Positions 9,501 to 18,240 are shown, counted from the first letter of the stretch. The stretch is 64,000 bases of DNA from Candidatus Saccharimonadales bacterium (GCA_036276195.1 DATBED010000042.1:1044-65043); one strand, 5' to 3'. Numbers and translations are program-made. Notes: generated by a model from the sequence alone, not told the origin.

Positions 9501-9647
9501 CAAAAACTTGATCAAGACATCGCCTCATTCATGCCTAAAAGTACCGGTTTTGGCCAGATACAGTGCCACCCAGCTTTCCCTTTTTTGAGCGGCTTTAATA
9601 CTTTTAACGACACCTGTCATCACCAACACATACAAGTAGAGAACTAA
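6549..9647 (+). CDS. large membrane protein with C-terminal LAS/M15-type zinc peptidase (cell-wall hydrolase) domain
   Basis: 1032 aa. A disordered N-terminus with DPRG repeats is followed by a TM segment (GGSGIIISVIVAFLSLS). The C-terminus has GHAGGRAAD (H-x6-D) and HHQHIQV (H-x-H), as in M15/VanY-like peptidases. Confidence 0.55.
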   Translation: MANQVYDPRADEERAPESDDLSPEHGAAAGKPYDPRGHDVAAGNSSDPRGDGLSDVRQAENSPGLYNPKGDKSENPSGLKGSEESTGGGDTVGSGYNDDKEPTKRQRAKAGWAILKNRKVLVGGGSGIIISVIVAFLSLSSGPLEFIHIAQLLEKFHFSAQQDGEASRLMKIARFINDPSKPQNTRLGIIGNAVANNLEAKIHDATGLNNKYNSQTGKFEGYSVDPKHENFKDKTNQQIIDELVSTYGINESQITLTPQIKGAPEVSFNPDTGGSALNPINTVKSYRNQTGFARSLLGKAGLSKVSAWAGTRVLTKRAGWTFHPIKALDSAYQQQLLKGGKKVFDKLKEQFNSQETSSIASDTTAPPSTPENSNEQGPNGQPANDSNRTSAANAGNSVQADPSETNVKAKIAGGGAALVGVACVMHGIDESVPKLREAKVIFPMMEFAGQFISLGSQAQSDQDITTAQLGLYKPFLDGTNSQGQVTSTWNQAQSIQAELGEPQNGPDLPKSAQVFNAGVPFGFIDGIPGLGGICSILGSPLGQIAGTILSPFATAFQSVAIGPLISDFTGWLSGVPIDILKGAGAVDGNYINYGARAAADQQYASAGGTTMSSSDESNLKNTTVALDNKDFQSKSLAYRIFNPDDAQSLASNIMDNYGSSGIAQGFASMFHSFGSIFTAALRVPATLFSGITHAASQPYDYHGLQKVGFTAADLANPLFDNSFQNGCDVTGGCKKPDGTPVGPTISQSVLGDPANPNQANKDVITKVNTCFGDTISNDGTMWNIDYGSAPLDMYSDAYTSANCDSHDTSWMRVRFWILDTQTLEGYDCSQSNSSTADQSCTDIGFNTSGSGSSSTTTAPTASSPAPTGSAKDLAAQLLPYISQKKISCNNQASDCPDIQNTANGVSIKGGQGCQVDSLQPGLLGMLLKLVQMGHTFVLSAICSDHSNDGLGGHAGGRAADFNIIDGVFMGPDDVPWDSTKIAAGQKLDQDIASFMPKSTGFGQIQCHPAFPFLSGFNTFNDTCHHQHIQVEN

Positions 9648-9651
9648 ATAA

Positions 9652-12138
9652 ATGCCAAGTATTGCCCAGCATACGCCTAAGGCCACTTTTATGAAGCGAG
9701 CGTTGTGCTTAATTGCAGTGGTGCTTTTGGTGTCTCAGCCTTTTATGTTTAAAGGCTCCGCTTCGGCGACCGGTCTGTGCGACAGCCAAAAAAAGGTTTT
9801 TGCCGATGGCATCCCCTACTTCAACTCCTGCACATGTGATTCCTCTTCAAGCACACAGACGCCTGCAACTAACCCAACAGGAGGGGCTACAGGATCTGTA
9901 TATATGTTGGGCGACTCTATAACCTTTGGCTCTAAGGATGATTTGGCGAGCGACTTTAAGCAAGCCGGCTACAGCTCGTCATACATTTCTGCTCGCGTAT
10001 CCCGCTCTTTATCCAGTCCGGGTAGTTCAGTTACTAGTGACGGTACGGCCGATAGCTATCATGCCGGGCTTGACCAGTTAGATGTAGACAAAAGCAAGAT
10101 CGCCAGTTCAGACACCGTAATAATGGCTCTGGGTACAAACGCCGAGATAAACGGCTCTTTTCATGACAACGTAACGAGCGCCATAAATAAGATCAAGGCG
10201 GCCAACCCCAATGCAAACATCTATTGGGTCAACATATTTTCTAACGTACCTGACCATAAAGCCGCCTACAATAGTACCCTCAACTCTCTTTCTTCCAGCC
10301 TTGGGTTTACGGTTATTGACACGACTGGCGCAAACATAAGCCTATCGGGTGATGGCATACACCCAGACACAAACGGTCAACAAACGTATGCTGATCTGGT
10401 TGCAAAAGCCGTTTCCAGCAGCACTACTCCCGCGCCTGCACCAGACACTAGCAGTGCGTGTGCCTGTACTGCAGGTGCAATAGATAGCAGCAGCGCTTTG
10501 GTGGGTAATAATAATGTCCAAAAGGCCTGGAACTTCTTCAAGAGCCAGGGATTGAACGATGCCCAAACGGCGGGTATCTTAGGTAATTTACAAGATGAAT
10601 CGGGCCAAAACATTGACCCGGAAATAAATCAAAATGGCTCTGGTGATAGCCAGACTCAACCGAAAACCGGCGGTGCCGACGGCTGGGGTATTGCTCAGTG
10701 GACCTACCCTTCCCAAGACTTTGACCAGTTAATTAAGCAGTACAAAATTAGTGGTCCGGGCAACGAACTAGCCACCCAGCTTAATCTAGTGTTGGCTCAA
10801 ATGAAAGATGTTAGCCCCACTGGCGTTAAGGATACTTTCTCGGCCATAAAACAGATTAATGATCCCGGTCAGGCCGCCGCTTTCTTTGATACTAATTTTG
10901 AAGGTGGCGTGTCAGGCGGCCGCGTCCAAAACGCAACTACTTTATATGGTCAGCGCGGCCAGCTTAACCAATCAAGCGGCTCAACAGGTGGCAGCACTGG
11001 TGGAAATGCCACTGGCGCCTCAACCACTACTAGTGACATATTAGAGGGGCATAAATTGCCTGCCACGGTTGGCGGTACTGGCGATGAAGCTCCAGTGGAT
11101 AGTAGCGGCCATCTGACAGTTGGTGTTGGAGCTGTCACATTTAGTCAGTTCGCCTCTCTTGGGCAAAACTATCGTGATTATTACATAACTATGCGTTGGC
11201 GTTACGCCCTGTGGAATTGGGACGGCACTAATACGAGTGGCCCGGAAGACTCCAGCTGGTATGGCCAGAAACCCCGACTGGTGCTAGTGACTAATCCACG
11301 AAACCATAAAAGCATTATTGCGGATATTATGGAGAGCGGCCCAGCACCATGGACGGGTGTAGATACCCAATCCAATAACACGCCGAAGGAGGGCTGGACT
11401 AACCCGCAAGACGGTACGCCTTCAGGTTATACTGGCCGAGTCTCTGGCTTCCCACCGCCAGCCATTCAGGCACTCGGCGCTAGTCAGACTACCAGCGATG
11501 GCTCAGGTGACAAACTAGAGTATGCTTGGGCGCCTGATCAAACCGCCCAGCCAGGCCCAACCACTCTTCAAGTTAATGGAACGGGCGGGGGGTCTGGTGA
11601 CTGTAGTAGTAGCGGGGGTGTAAATGGCGGCGCCTATCAGAACCCCTTTAAGGATATACCCAACATCAGACCGGAGGGTATAGACGCAGGGGTAGATTAT
11701 GTGGGTGATGGCCCTGTACACCCTATTGGTCCGGCAAAAGTAGCCGTATCAGAGCCTAACTCTCCTTGGCTATACGGTAATTACATAAGCTACACATTAA
11801 CAAGTGGTCCAGCTGTCGGTAAAACCGTCTATGTTGCAGAAGACTGTACTGTAAATACTGCTCTACACCAAGGACAGGTCATAGGCCCATCCGACACTGT
11901 TTGTACCCTAAACAGTAAGCGCACTGGCCTTGAGACTGGGTGGGCCAATGCAAATAATGATTTGCCACTGCCATACACAGATCATTGTTATTACCTGGTC
12001 AATCCGTCACTGCCAAAGACCTCAACCGCCTATGGTGTAAACTTCAACAAGTTGATGGTTAGTCTTGGCGTGCCTAACGCCAGCTTATTAGGCGGGCCGG
12101 TAACGTGTACTTTGCCAAGCGGATGGCAGCCACAATGA
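9652..12138 (+). CDS. secreted multidomain wall hydrolase: SGNH esterase + tail-lysozyme-like + LytM-like C-terminus
   Basis: 828 aa with a signal/TM segment. SGNH blocks are GDSITFGS, GTN and DGIHPD. GILGNLQDESG...GWGIAQWT resembles the phage-tail-lysozyme domain. GIDAGVDYVGDGPVHPIGPAKVAV resembles M23 but lacks a clear HxH. Confidence 0.6.
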   Translation: MPSIAQHTPKATFMKRALCLIAVVLLVSQPFMFKGSASATGLCDSQKKVFADGIPYFNSCTCDSSSSTQTPATNPTGGATGSVYMLGDSITFGSKDDLASDFKQAGYSSSYISARVSRSLSSPGSSVTSDGTADSYHAGLDQLDVDKSKIASSDTVIMALGTNAEINGSFHDNVTSAINKIKAANPNANIYWVNIFSNVPDHKAAYNSTLNSLSSSLGFTVIDTTGANISLSGDGIHPDTNGQQTYADLVAKAVSSSTTPAPAPDTSSACACTAGAIDSSSALVGNNNVQKAWNFFKSQGLNDAQTAGILGNLQDESGQNIDPEINQNGSGDSQTQPKTGGADGWGIAQWTYPSQDFDQLIKQYKISGPGNELATQLNLVLAQMKDVSPTGVKDTFSAIKQINDPGQAAAFFDTNFEGGVSGGRVQNATTLYGQRGQLNQSSGSTGGSTGGNATGASTTTSDILEGHKLPATVGGTGDEAPVDSSGHLTVGVGAVTFSQFASLGQNYRDYYITMRWRYALWNWDGTNTSGPEDSSWYGQKPRLVLVTNPRNHKSIIADIMESGPAPWTGVDTQSNNTPKEGWTNPQDGTPSGYTGRVSGFPPPAIQALGASQTTSDGSGDKLEYAWAPDQTAQPGPTTLQVNGTGGGSGDCSSSGGVNGGAYQNPFKDIPNIRPEGIDAGVDYVGDGPVHPIGPAKVAVSEPNSPWLYGNYISYTLTSGPAVGKTVYVAEDCTVNTALHQGQVIGPSDTVCTLNSKRTGLETGWANANNDLPLPYTDHCYYLVNPSLPKTSTAYGVNFNKLMVSLGVPNASLLGGPVTCTLPSGWQPQ

Positions 12139-12160
12139 TGCAATATAAGTGGAGGCTCTT

Positions 12161-13474
12161 ATGAAGAAACGTTATTTAATAATTGGTGCACTATTAGTTT
12201 TTATCTTTGTTTTAGTTGCTATCTTTACTCGTCCGCCTAAACCTAAACAAGTCGCCATCTATAAGGCCAGCTCGACTGCGAGCAATATACAATTCCCTTA
12301 CTTAGCTAGTTCTAAAACTATAGACTTTTTTACCGGCTCCGGCTTCGCCGCCTACGATACGAGCGCTGGAACTACAACTACATTAAGCCCACAGTTTATA
12401 TTGCCGAGTGTCAGTTCGATGAGCTGGTCAAGTAGCGGTGCTGTTTTCCAAGCCAGCGGTTATACGCCCGCTGATGATCTCTATCAAGTGCTGCTTAACG
12501 ACAACCAGCCGCTTAATCAGAGCTATTGGTGGAGCTATAGCTTAAGTAGCCAAAAGATTAGCTTAATTTTGCTCTCTGGCTCATCTAAAACGATAGGAGA
12601 TGCCTTAGAAAATAGTTCAGGGGCAAACTATGCTTACCTTTGCAATGATGGATCAGTTTATTTATCTGATAGTCCTGGCAGAGCAATAGTTAAGGTTAGC
12701 CCGAGCTCAAAGATCGTACAGCTCAGCGGCAACACCTTAACTATAGAAGGTGGCAATAGTTTGGAGCAGGTTGATACGCAAACTGCTGTAACAAAAGTTT
12801 TAGTCAATGGGCGTGCCCAGATACAAAATGCCTACGTGTCGGCCGATAGTCAGACTATAGCTTATACGGCTTCAACTAATCAAGGTTCGAAAGGAGAAAC
12901 TCCAGGCAGCTTGTACTTGCTAAATCCTGCCTCGCATAGATCACACAAAATATTATCTGGCTTTGAGGGTTTTATGAGTGGAGGTGGCGGCAACCTTTAT
13001 GTAGGTTATAGTGACAACAATAGTGTGGTGCATTTTGAGTACTACCCCTTGAAGGGTCAATCTTTGGCATACAGTATAGGCACAATACTAGATAGAGACG
13101 CCACACTTAGTAATATACTACCCTTAAATACCAACAATATATTTGTTGACTCATCGCGAAACACTCTCGTAAAAGCCTCGACTCGGCCGAGCAATACCTT
13201 AAACCCTATTAATAATAGCTACTTAATAGCTGGAGACTTCTATTTTGATGGTTTTGAAATACACTTTAACCCTTCTCAAAATACCTACGAAATTGACATA
13301 ACCAAAAACCCATTTTCGCAATACCAAGCAAACGCTCTCGCCTATATAAGTTCGCAAAAAATAGATCCTAACCAGATTATTATAAATTGGCGAGCTGGTG
13401 ATGGGGTTACAAATATCAATCCTGGCGTAGTTGGCTCTTCACCGCAGGCCACTACAAATAGTCCAAATGAATAG
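12161..13474 (+). CDS. membrane-anchored beta-rich hypothetical protein
   Basis: GGAGG lies 5 nt before ATG 12161. It has an N-terminal TM (YLIIGALLVFIFVLVAIF) followed by Ser/Thr-rich, propeller-like repeats. The track start at 12149 was rejected. Confidence 0.5.
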   Translation: MKKRYLIIGALLVFIFVLVAIFTRPPKPKQVAIYKASSTASNIQFPYLASSKTIDFFTGSGFAAYDTSAGTTTTLSPQFILPSVSSMSWSSSGAVFQASGYTPADDLYQVLLNDNQPLNQSYWWSYSLSSQKISLILLSGSSKTIGDALENSSGANYAYLCNDGSVYLSDSPGRAIVKVSPSSKIVQLSGNTLTIEGGNSLEQVDTQTAVTKVLVNGRAQIQNAYVSADSQTIAYTASTNQGSKGETPGSLYLLNPASHRSHKILSGFEGFMSGGGGNLYVGYSDNNSVVHFEYYPLKGQSLAYSIGTILDRDATLSNILPLNTNNIFVDSSRNTLVKASTRPSNTLNPINNSYLIAGDFYFDGFEIHFNPSQNTYEIDITKNPFSQYQANALAYISSQKIDPNQIIINWRAGDGVTNINPGVVGSSPQATTNSPNE

Positions 13475-13486
13475 TGTCTCTACGCT

Positions 13487-14542
13487 CTAGCCTAAGGCGA
13501 TCACGTTGGTGTGGCTGGTGAAGTTTTTGGTGACGAGGTCGGCGTCGGTAGTGGTTATGAAGGTTTGGTAAGGCGCCAGGTAGTCGGTTAGGGCGTGGCG
13601 GCGGCGGCCGTCGAGCTCGCTGAAAACGTCGTCGAGCAAGAGTAGGGGAGTGCTGTCGCGGGCGGCTTCGAGCAGTTTAAGTTCGAGGATTTTGAGCGCC
13701 AGCACCACGGTGCGCACCTCGCCGCGCGAGGCTGCCGCCTGGGCCGGGTGATCATCAAACGAAACCACCAGGTCTTCGCGGTGCGGGCCGCTGCCGGTGA
13801 AGCCGCGCAGCCGGTCATCGGCCAGACTCGACTCCAGCTTTTTCAGGAAGTGGCTCTCGTAGTGCTCGGGTGGCCAGCGGCTGTCGTAGCGCGCCGCCAC
13901 CTTACCGCGCGATTTTGATAGCTTTTTATACAAGGCGCCTAGGTCTTTATTTAGGTTATCGACTAGGCCAGTGCGGGCCCTGACTACCTGCCCGGCCAGC
14001 TGGCTTAGCCGGATATTCCAGGGGAAGATTTGAGTTTCGCTGGCGCCGTGGCGTGGCTGTTTGAGCAGGCTGTTGCGCTGGGCTAAGGCCCGTCGGTATT
14101 GGCGCCGTAAACTGCTGTAGCCCGGTGTAGTTTGTTCTAACAAGTCATCCAGGTAGTCGCGGCGCCGGTCAGGCCCACCAACAAAGAGCTGTAAATGGTT
14201 CGGCTCAAACAACACCACCGGCAAGCTGTGTGCCAGGCTAAGACGCCTATAGCTTTTCCCATCTAATTCGAAGCTTTTACTGGGCGGCTCGACCATAATT
14301 TTAACCGTGCGCTGGGCGCTGTTTTCGTGGTGGCCGTCTATGCGGGCCCAGGGCTGGCCAAACCCAATCAGCTCGGGGTCGCTGGCTCGGTAAGACGAAC
14401 CGCGGGCCAGCACCAAAATCGCCTCTAATAGGTTGGTTTTGCCGCTGGCATTGGGCCCAACCACAATGTTGACGCCCGGGCTAAGCTCAAACGACTCGTC
14501 TTTATAAGATCTAAAATGCTGTAGCCGTAAGTCGGTGATCAT
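13487..14542 (-). CDS. recF: DNA replication/repair protein RecF
   Basis: 351 aa. MITDLRLQHFRSYKD..., Walker A GPNASGKTNLLEAI, and C-terminal LLLLDDVFSELD. Confidence 0.9.
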   Translation of the reverse strand: MITDLRLQHFRSYKDESFELSPGVNIVVGPNASGKTNLLEAILVLARGSSYRASDPELIGFGQPWARIDGHHENSAQRTVKIMVEPPSKSFELDGKSYRRLSLAHSLPVVLFEPNHLQLFVGGPDRRRDYLDDLLEQTTPGYSSLRRQYRRALAQRNSLLKQPRHGASETQIFPWNIRLSQLAGQVVRARTGLVDNLNKDLGALYKKLSKSRGKVAARYDSRWPPEHYESHFLKKLESSLADDRLRGFTGSGPHREDLVVSFDDHPAQAAASRGEVRTVVLALKILELKLLEAARDSTPLLLLDDVFSELDGRRRHALTDYLAPYQTFITTTDADLVTKNFTSHTNVIALG

Positions 14543-14585
14543 TCCTTAATTAAACCACGTTATATGCTCTAGCAACTTGACTAAG

Positions 14586-14614
14586 TTGACTTAGTTAAGT
14601 TGATTTGTTATACT
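14586..14614 (+). promoter_or_regulatory. promoter of phd/vapC, leaderless geometry
   Basis: TTGACT 14586-14591, 17-nt spacer, TATACT 14609-14614, then ATG 7 nt downstream. Repeated GACTAAGT/ACTTAGT motifs are present. Confidence 0.55.
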
Positions 14615-14621
14615 GCCTTCT

Positions 14622-14882
14622 ATGAAAGCTATCCCTATCCACGAAGCTAAAGCTAATTTGAGCAAGTATATTCAGCAGGCCAAGGCCGGCAAGCCCGTTT
14701 ATATTGGCGCCCGCGGCGAAACCGAGGTGGTACTTACCGCCGTTCCTAAAAAGAAGTCCGGCAGCAGCTTATGGGGCAGTATGAAGGGCCAGTTTAATTA
14801 TAGCGATGAGGAGTGGGACAAAGCTACGCGCCTTGTAAATGAGGATTTCGAAAAGAGCGAGATCTTTCCCGATGCTGATTGA
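14622..14882 (+). CDS. Phd/YefM-family antitoxin
   Basis: 86 aa. MKAIPIHEAKANLSKYIQQAKAGKPVYIGARGETEVVL is the Phd/YefM N-terminal pattern. It is a paralogue of 25405..25659. Confidence 0.75.
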   Translation: MKAIPIHEAKANLSKYIQQAKAGKPVYIGARGETEVVLTAVPKKKSGSSLWGSMKGQFNYSDEEWDKATRLVNEDFEKSEIFPDAD

Positions 14883-15264
14883 CACCCATATATTGGTCTG
14901 GATTCTGGAAAGCAAATTGGCTAAGCTTGGTACTCTGGCTCGGGATAACATCAATAATCAGCCGATTGTGGTATCTGTTGCCACACTAATAGAAATAGCT
15001 GTAAAAAAACGCAAGGGCAAGCTAGACGCACCCGATACCTTAACTATTTTAGCTAACTTAGCATCTAATAATATTGAGGTACTAGATATTCAGCCGGGGC
15101 ATGTTATCAACCTGCCGAGTTTAGAGACTATAAAGCACGCCGACCCATTTGATTTGCTCCTAATTTCTCAGTCCGTTTCCGAGAGTCTTCCTTTTTTGAC
15201 TTCTGACTCTAAGATTCTTGGAGCTTATATTCCGAACTTGCGGCTGATCGACGGCCGACGCTAG
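14872..15264 (+). CDS. PIN-domain VapC-family toxin
   Basis: MLIDTHILVWIL..., with the DPFDLLLISQS motif. ATG 14872 overlaps the antitoxin stop by 11 nt. The track start at 14839 was rejected. Confidence 0.75.
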   Translation: MLIDTHILVWILESKLAKLGTLARDNINNQPIVVSVATLIEIAVKKRKGKLDAPDTLTILANLASNNIEVLDIQPGHVINLPSLETIKHADPFDLLLISQSVSESLPFLTSDSKILGAYIPNLRLIDGRR

Positions 15265-16352
15265 CTCTTGAGGGGCATGATGATGTGCTTGTAGTCGGGG
15301 TCGCCAGGGCTCTGTAAGAGGGTCGGCTCCAGTTTGCCGTTAAAGCTAAATACTACTCCGTCGCCCAACATAACAGACAGCGCGTCAAGCAAATAGCGCG
15401 AGTTAAGGGTTATATTGCCATTGCCGATAACTTTGGCTGGCGCCGTGGCGTTATTCTCACCCAGTTGCGAAGCGGCCGAGCGGATACTAAGCTGCTGCTT
15501 GGCTTCGTCTAGCTCGATAGTGACACTGCCGGCACTTTCGCGGGCAAACAAGCTGGAAACTTTGGTTACACTAACTAAGTCGGCCTTTTTAAGGCTGGCT
15601 GTAGTGGCAAAACTACTAGGGATTAGTCTTTGGTAGTCCGGATATTTACCGTCAATCAACCGGGTAACCAGCTCGACGTCTCCAGCCTTGAATAGGGCCT
15701 GCTGGTCGTCGTGAGTGATGTTGATGTCGGCTTCATCATCTCCTAAAGTTCTGAGCAAGTCATGCATAGCCGAAGCTGGCACCAATAGTTTGATGTCTTG
15801 TTTTTGGGGGCCTAACTGTTTTTCGGCTAAACGATAGCTGTCGGTGGCGGCCATGTGTAATTTGCCGTCGATAGTTTGTAGTAGTACTCCTGTTAAGACC
15901 GGCCGCGTTTCATCATTACTGGCGGCAAAACCGATTTGTTGTAGCGCCCGTTTGAAAGTCACACCATCAACCTTCCATTTATTTCCGCCTTCAATAGCCG
16001 GCATGACCGGAAAATCATCAGCCAGTATGCCGTTAATTACCGACTGGTATTGGTCGGTGTTAATATGCAACTTGGTATCTTTTAGCTCGATATTTATCAC
16101 GCCGTCTGGCAGGCTGCCCACAAAATCTTGCGTTAGGCGGGCCGGTACGGTAATCGAGCCTTCGGTTGAGACTTTGGCACCAATGAAGTGGGTAATGGCA
16201 ATGTCTAGATTGGTGGCCGATAGGCTTAAGCGGTTCTGGCTGGTACGGATTAGAACATTAGCTAGGATTGGCAGCGTTCCACGGCTATTAGCCACTTTGG
16301 CTACGGAGTTTAAGGCGCGGTTTAGGTTTTCGCGGGTAACTTGCAGTTTCAT
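15261..16352 (-). CDS. dnaN: DNA polymerase III beta sliding clamp
   Basis: 363 aa. MKLQVTRENLNRALNSVAKVANSRGTLPILANVLI is the typical DnaN N-terminus. It sits downstream of dnaA. Confidence 0.9.
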   Translation of the reverse strand: MKLQVTRENLNRALNSVAKVANSRGTLPILANVLIRTSQNRLSLSATNLDIAITHFIGAKVSTEGSITVPARLTQDFVGSLPDGVINIELKDTKLHINTDQYQSVINGILADDFPVMPAIEGGNKWKVDGVTFKRALQQIGFAASNDETRPVLTGVLLQTIDGKLHMAATDSYRLAEKQLGPQKQDIKLLVPASAMHDLLRTLGDDEADINITHDDQQALFKAGDVELVTRLIDGKYPDYQRLIPSSFATTASLKKADLVSVTKVSSLFARESAGSVTIELDEAKQQLSIRSAASQLGENNATAPAKVIGNGNITLNSRYLLDALSVMLGDGVVFSFNGKLEPTLLQSPGDPDYKHIIMPLKS

Positions 16353-16413
16353 AATAGCTCCTTGTTACTATTAATTATTAAAGAACTTAGTAGTAGCTTG
16401 TTATAGGGCCTGT

Positions 16414-16561
16414 GTATTCTGGGTAAAAGAATACTGCCAACAGATGGAAATTCACTTAATTCATAGTGGAAAAGCCCTAGTAAAACCAGGCCGTATTCTT
16501 GGGTAAAAACCAGCCAGTTAGCCACAACCAGCCTGAATGGTTTTAGTGGGCCTGTGGCTAA
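16414..16561. promoter_or_regulatory. DnaA-box-like cluster between dnaA and dnaN (possible second oriC half)
   Basis: agtggaaaa at 16465-16473 is TTTTCCACT on the minus strand. TTAGCCACA at 16518-16526 has an inverted copy, tgtggctaa, at 16553-16561. A direct repeat GTATTCT(T)GGGTAAAA occurs at 16414 and 16493. AT-rich sequence lies at about 16366-16400. Confidence 0.45.
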
Positions 16562-16616
16562 GCCCGGGTTTATACCAGCACCATTCAACAACTTAAACCT
16601 GGCTTTTGCACAGCTT

Positions 16617-17993
16617 TTACGCATATAAATGCTCCCTGATTTCGCTAATAGCCATACGCAAGCTGGCATCGACCCGGGCCTCTCTATCGATTTTACCAAC
16701 CGAATGGATGGCTGTGGTGTGGTCTTTGCGGCCTAGTTCCTTAGCAATTTTAGGGAAGCTCAAGTTGAGCTCGTTGCGCAGGATGTACATGGCTACCTGG
16801 CGCGGCACCACAATATCTTTATCGCGCTTTGGCCCGACAATATCTTCGACTGGGATCTGGAAGTGGCGAGCCGTCCGCTCGATTATTTGTTTAGCGCTTA
16901 GGTGTTTCGGCCGAGCTTTACTGACATTCAACAGGCTAGTGGCAATAGATATGGTGGGGTCTAGGCCACGCATTTCACAAAAGGCTAACAGTTGGTTTAG
17001 GGCGCCTTCCAGCTCACGGATATTGGTCTGGATGTTGGCGGCCAGGTACTCGACTATTTCATTCTCTAAGTCGGTGCCATGGCTGCCGGCTTTGGTCTGC
17101 ACAATCGCGCAGCGCGTTTCAAAGTCGGGGATCTGCATATCTATGGCCATGCCGCCGCCAAAGCGCGATTTCAGCCGGTCTTCAAGCCCAACAATATTAC
17201 TGGGCGGCTGGTCGGAGCTCATGATAATCTGCTTATTGGCCTGATGTAGCGTGTTGAAGGTATGGAAGAACTCATCCTGGATTTTATCTTTACCAGCCAG
17301 GAATTGAACGTCGTCAACAATTAATACATCGGCGGATCGATAATAGTGGGCGAAGTCGGTGGCCGTGCGGCTGCGCAAGGCGGCCACGAACTCTTGTACG
17401 AACTGCTCGGTGGCAATATACAGGATGTTAGCTTGCGGTGCCCTGGCCTGCAGCGCGTTGCCGACCGCCTGGATCAAATGAGTCTTGCCAATGCCGACCC
17501 CGCCATAAACGTAAAACGGGTTGTAGCGGGTGCCCGGCCGCTGGACTATCGCCTGGCAAGCGGCAAAAGCCAGCTCGTTACCATCGCCAACTACGAAATT
17601 TTCTAGAGTGTAGCGTTCGTTCAAAGCTGGCCGGAAGTTCCTAGGCCCGGCCTGGGCCGGTCGCTCTAAGCTATGTTGCCCAACGCTTACGGCCGGCTGG
17701 GCAGCCTCTTCGGGTTTGGGCTGTTCATCGGTTTTCCGCCCAGCGTGGCCCGGCATCATCTTATAGGCGATCTCTTTAACTTCTACGCCTTGCTTCTTAA
17801 GCGTCTCGGTAATCACGCTGGCGTATCTTTTCTCGAGGGTATTACGCACGAAAGGGTTATTAACGCCAATGACGACCCGGCCTTCCTCTTGTTTGAGCAG
17901 CTGAGTATTTTTAAACCAAGTGACGTAGTTAGCATGCGATAGACTAACTTCCAGCTCGCCTAAAACAGCCTGCCAAACAGCATCCTTTTGCAC
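16617..17993 (-). CDS. dnaA: chromosomal replication initiator DnaA
   Basis: 458 aa with a GTG start and GGAGG 7 nt upstream. Walker A is GGVGIGKTHLIQAVGN, and the C-terminal DNA-binding helix is DHTTAIHSV. Confidence 0.95.
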   Translation of the reverse strand: MQKDAVWQAVLGELEVSLSHANYVTWFKNTQLLKQEEGRVVIGVNNPFVRNTLEKRYASVITETLKKQGVEVKEIAYKMMPGHAGRKTDEQPKPEEAAQPAVSVGQHSLERPAQAGPRNFRPALNERYTLENFVVGDGNELAFAACQAIVQRPGTRYNPFYVYGGVGIGKTHLIQAVGNALQARAPQANILYIATEQFVQEFVAALRSRTATDFAHYYRSADVLIVDDVQFLAGKDKIQDEFFHTFNTLHQANKQIIMSSDQPPSNIVGLEDRLKSRFGGGMAIDMQIPDFETRCAIVQTKAGSHGTDLENEIVEYLAANIQTNIRELEGALNQLLAFCEMRGLDPTISIATSLLNVSKARPKHLSAKQIIERTARHFQIPVEDIVGPKRDKDIVVPRQVAMYILRNELNLSFPKIAKELGRKDHTTAIHSVGKIDREARVDASLRMAISEIREHLYA

Positions 17994-18041
17994 CTACGCC
18001 TCCTCTTCTGTAGGGATTGAGTATAGACTACAAACGAAAGG

Positions 18042-18165
18042 TTTTCCACAGAGACTTTTATAATTTAATCAGGATTTAATGGTTAGGCCAAACGGAGGTC
18101 GGGTTTTCCACAGTTATGCTTCCTATCTGTTAATCTGTGGATACTACCGCGGTTTTCGTGGATAA
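18042..18165. promoter_or_regulatory. oriC-like DnaA-box cluster upstream of dnaA
   Basis: TTTTCCACA at 18042-18050 and at 18104-18112. tgtggatac at 18136-18144 is GTATCCACA on the minus strand. cgtggataa at 18157-18165 is TTATCCACG on the minus strand. An AT-rich stretch lies at 18051-18085. Confidence 0.7.
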
Positions 18166-18240
18166 CCAAGCCGCGATTGCGGGGTAAACATTGTTAAAAC
18201 CACATACCCTTGTTGGCGTACGGCTGCATCTCTGTGCCCG

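Noticed and set aside
16349-16699. A 116-aa ORF covering the dnaA-dnaN spacer.
   Set aside because: It overlaps the ends of both dnaA and dnaN, has no motif, and spans the DnaA-box-like or AT-rich region. It is treated as non-coding origin or promoter DNA.
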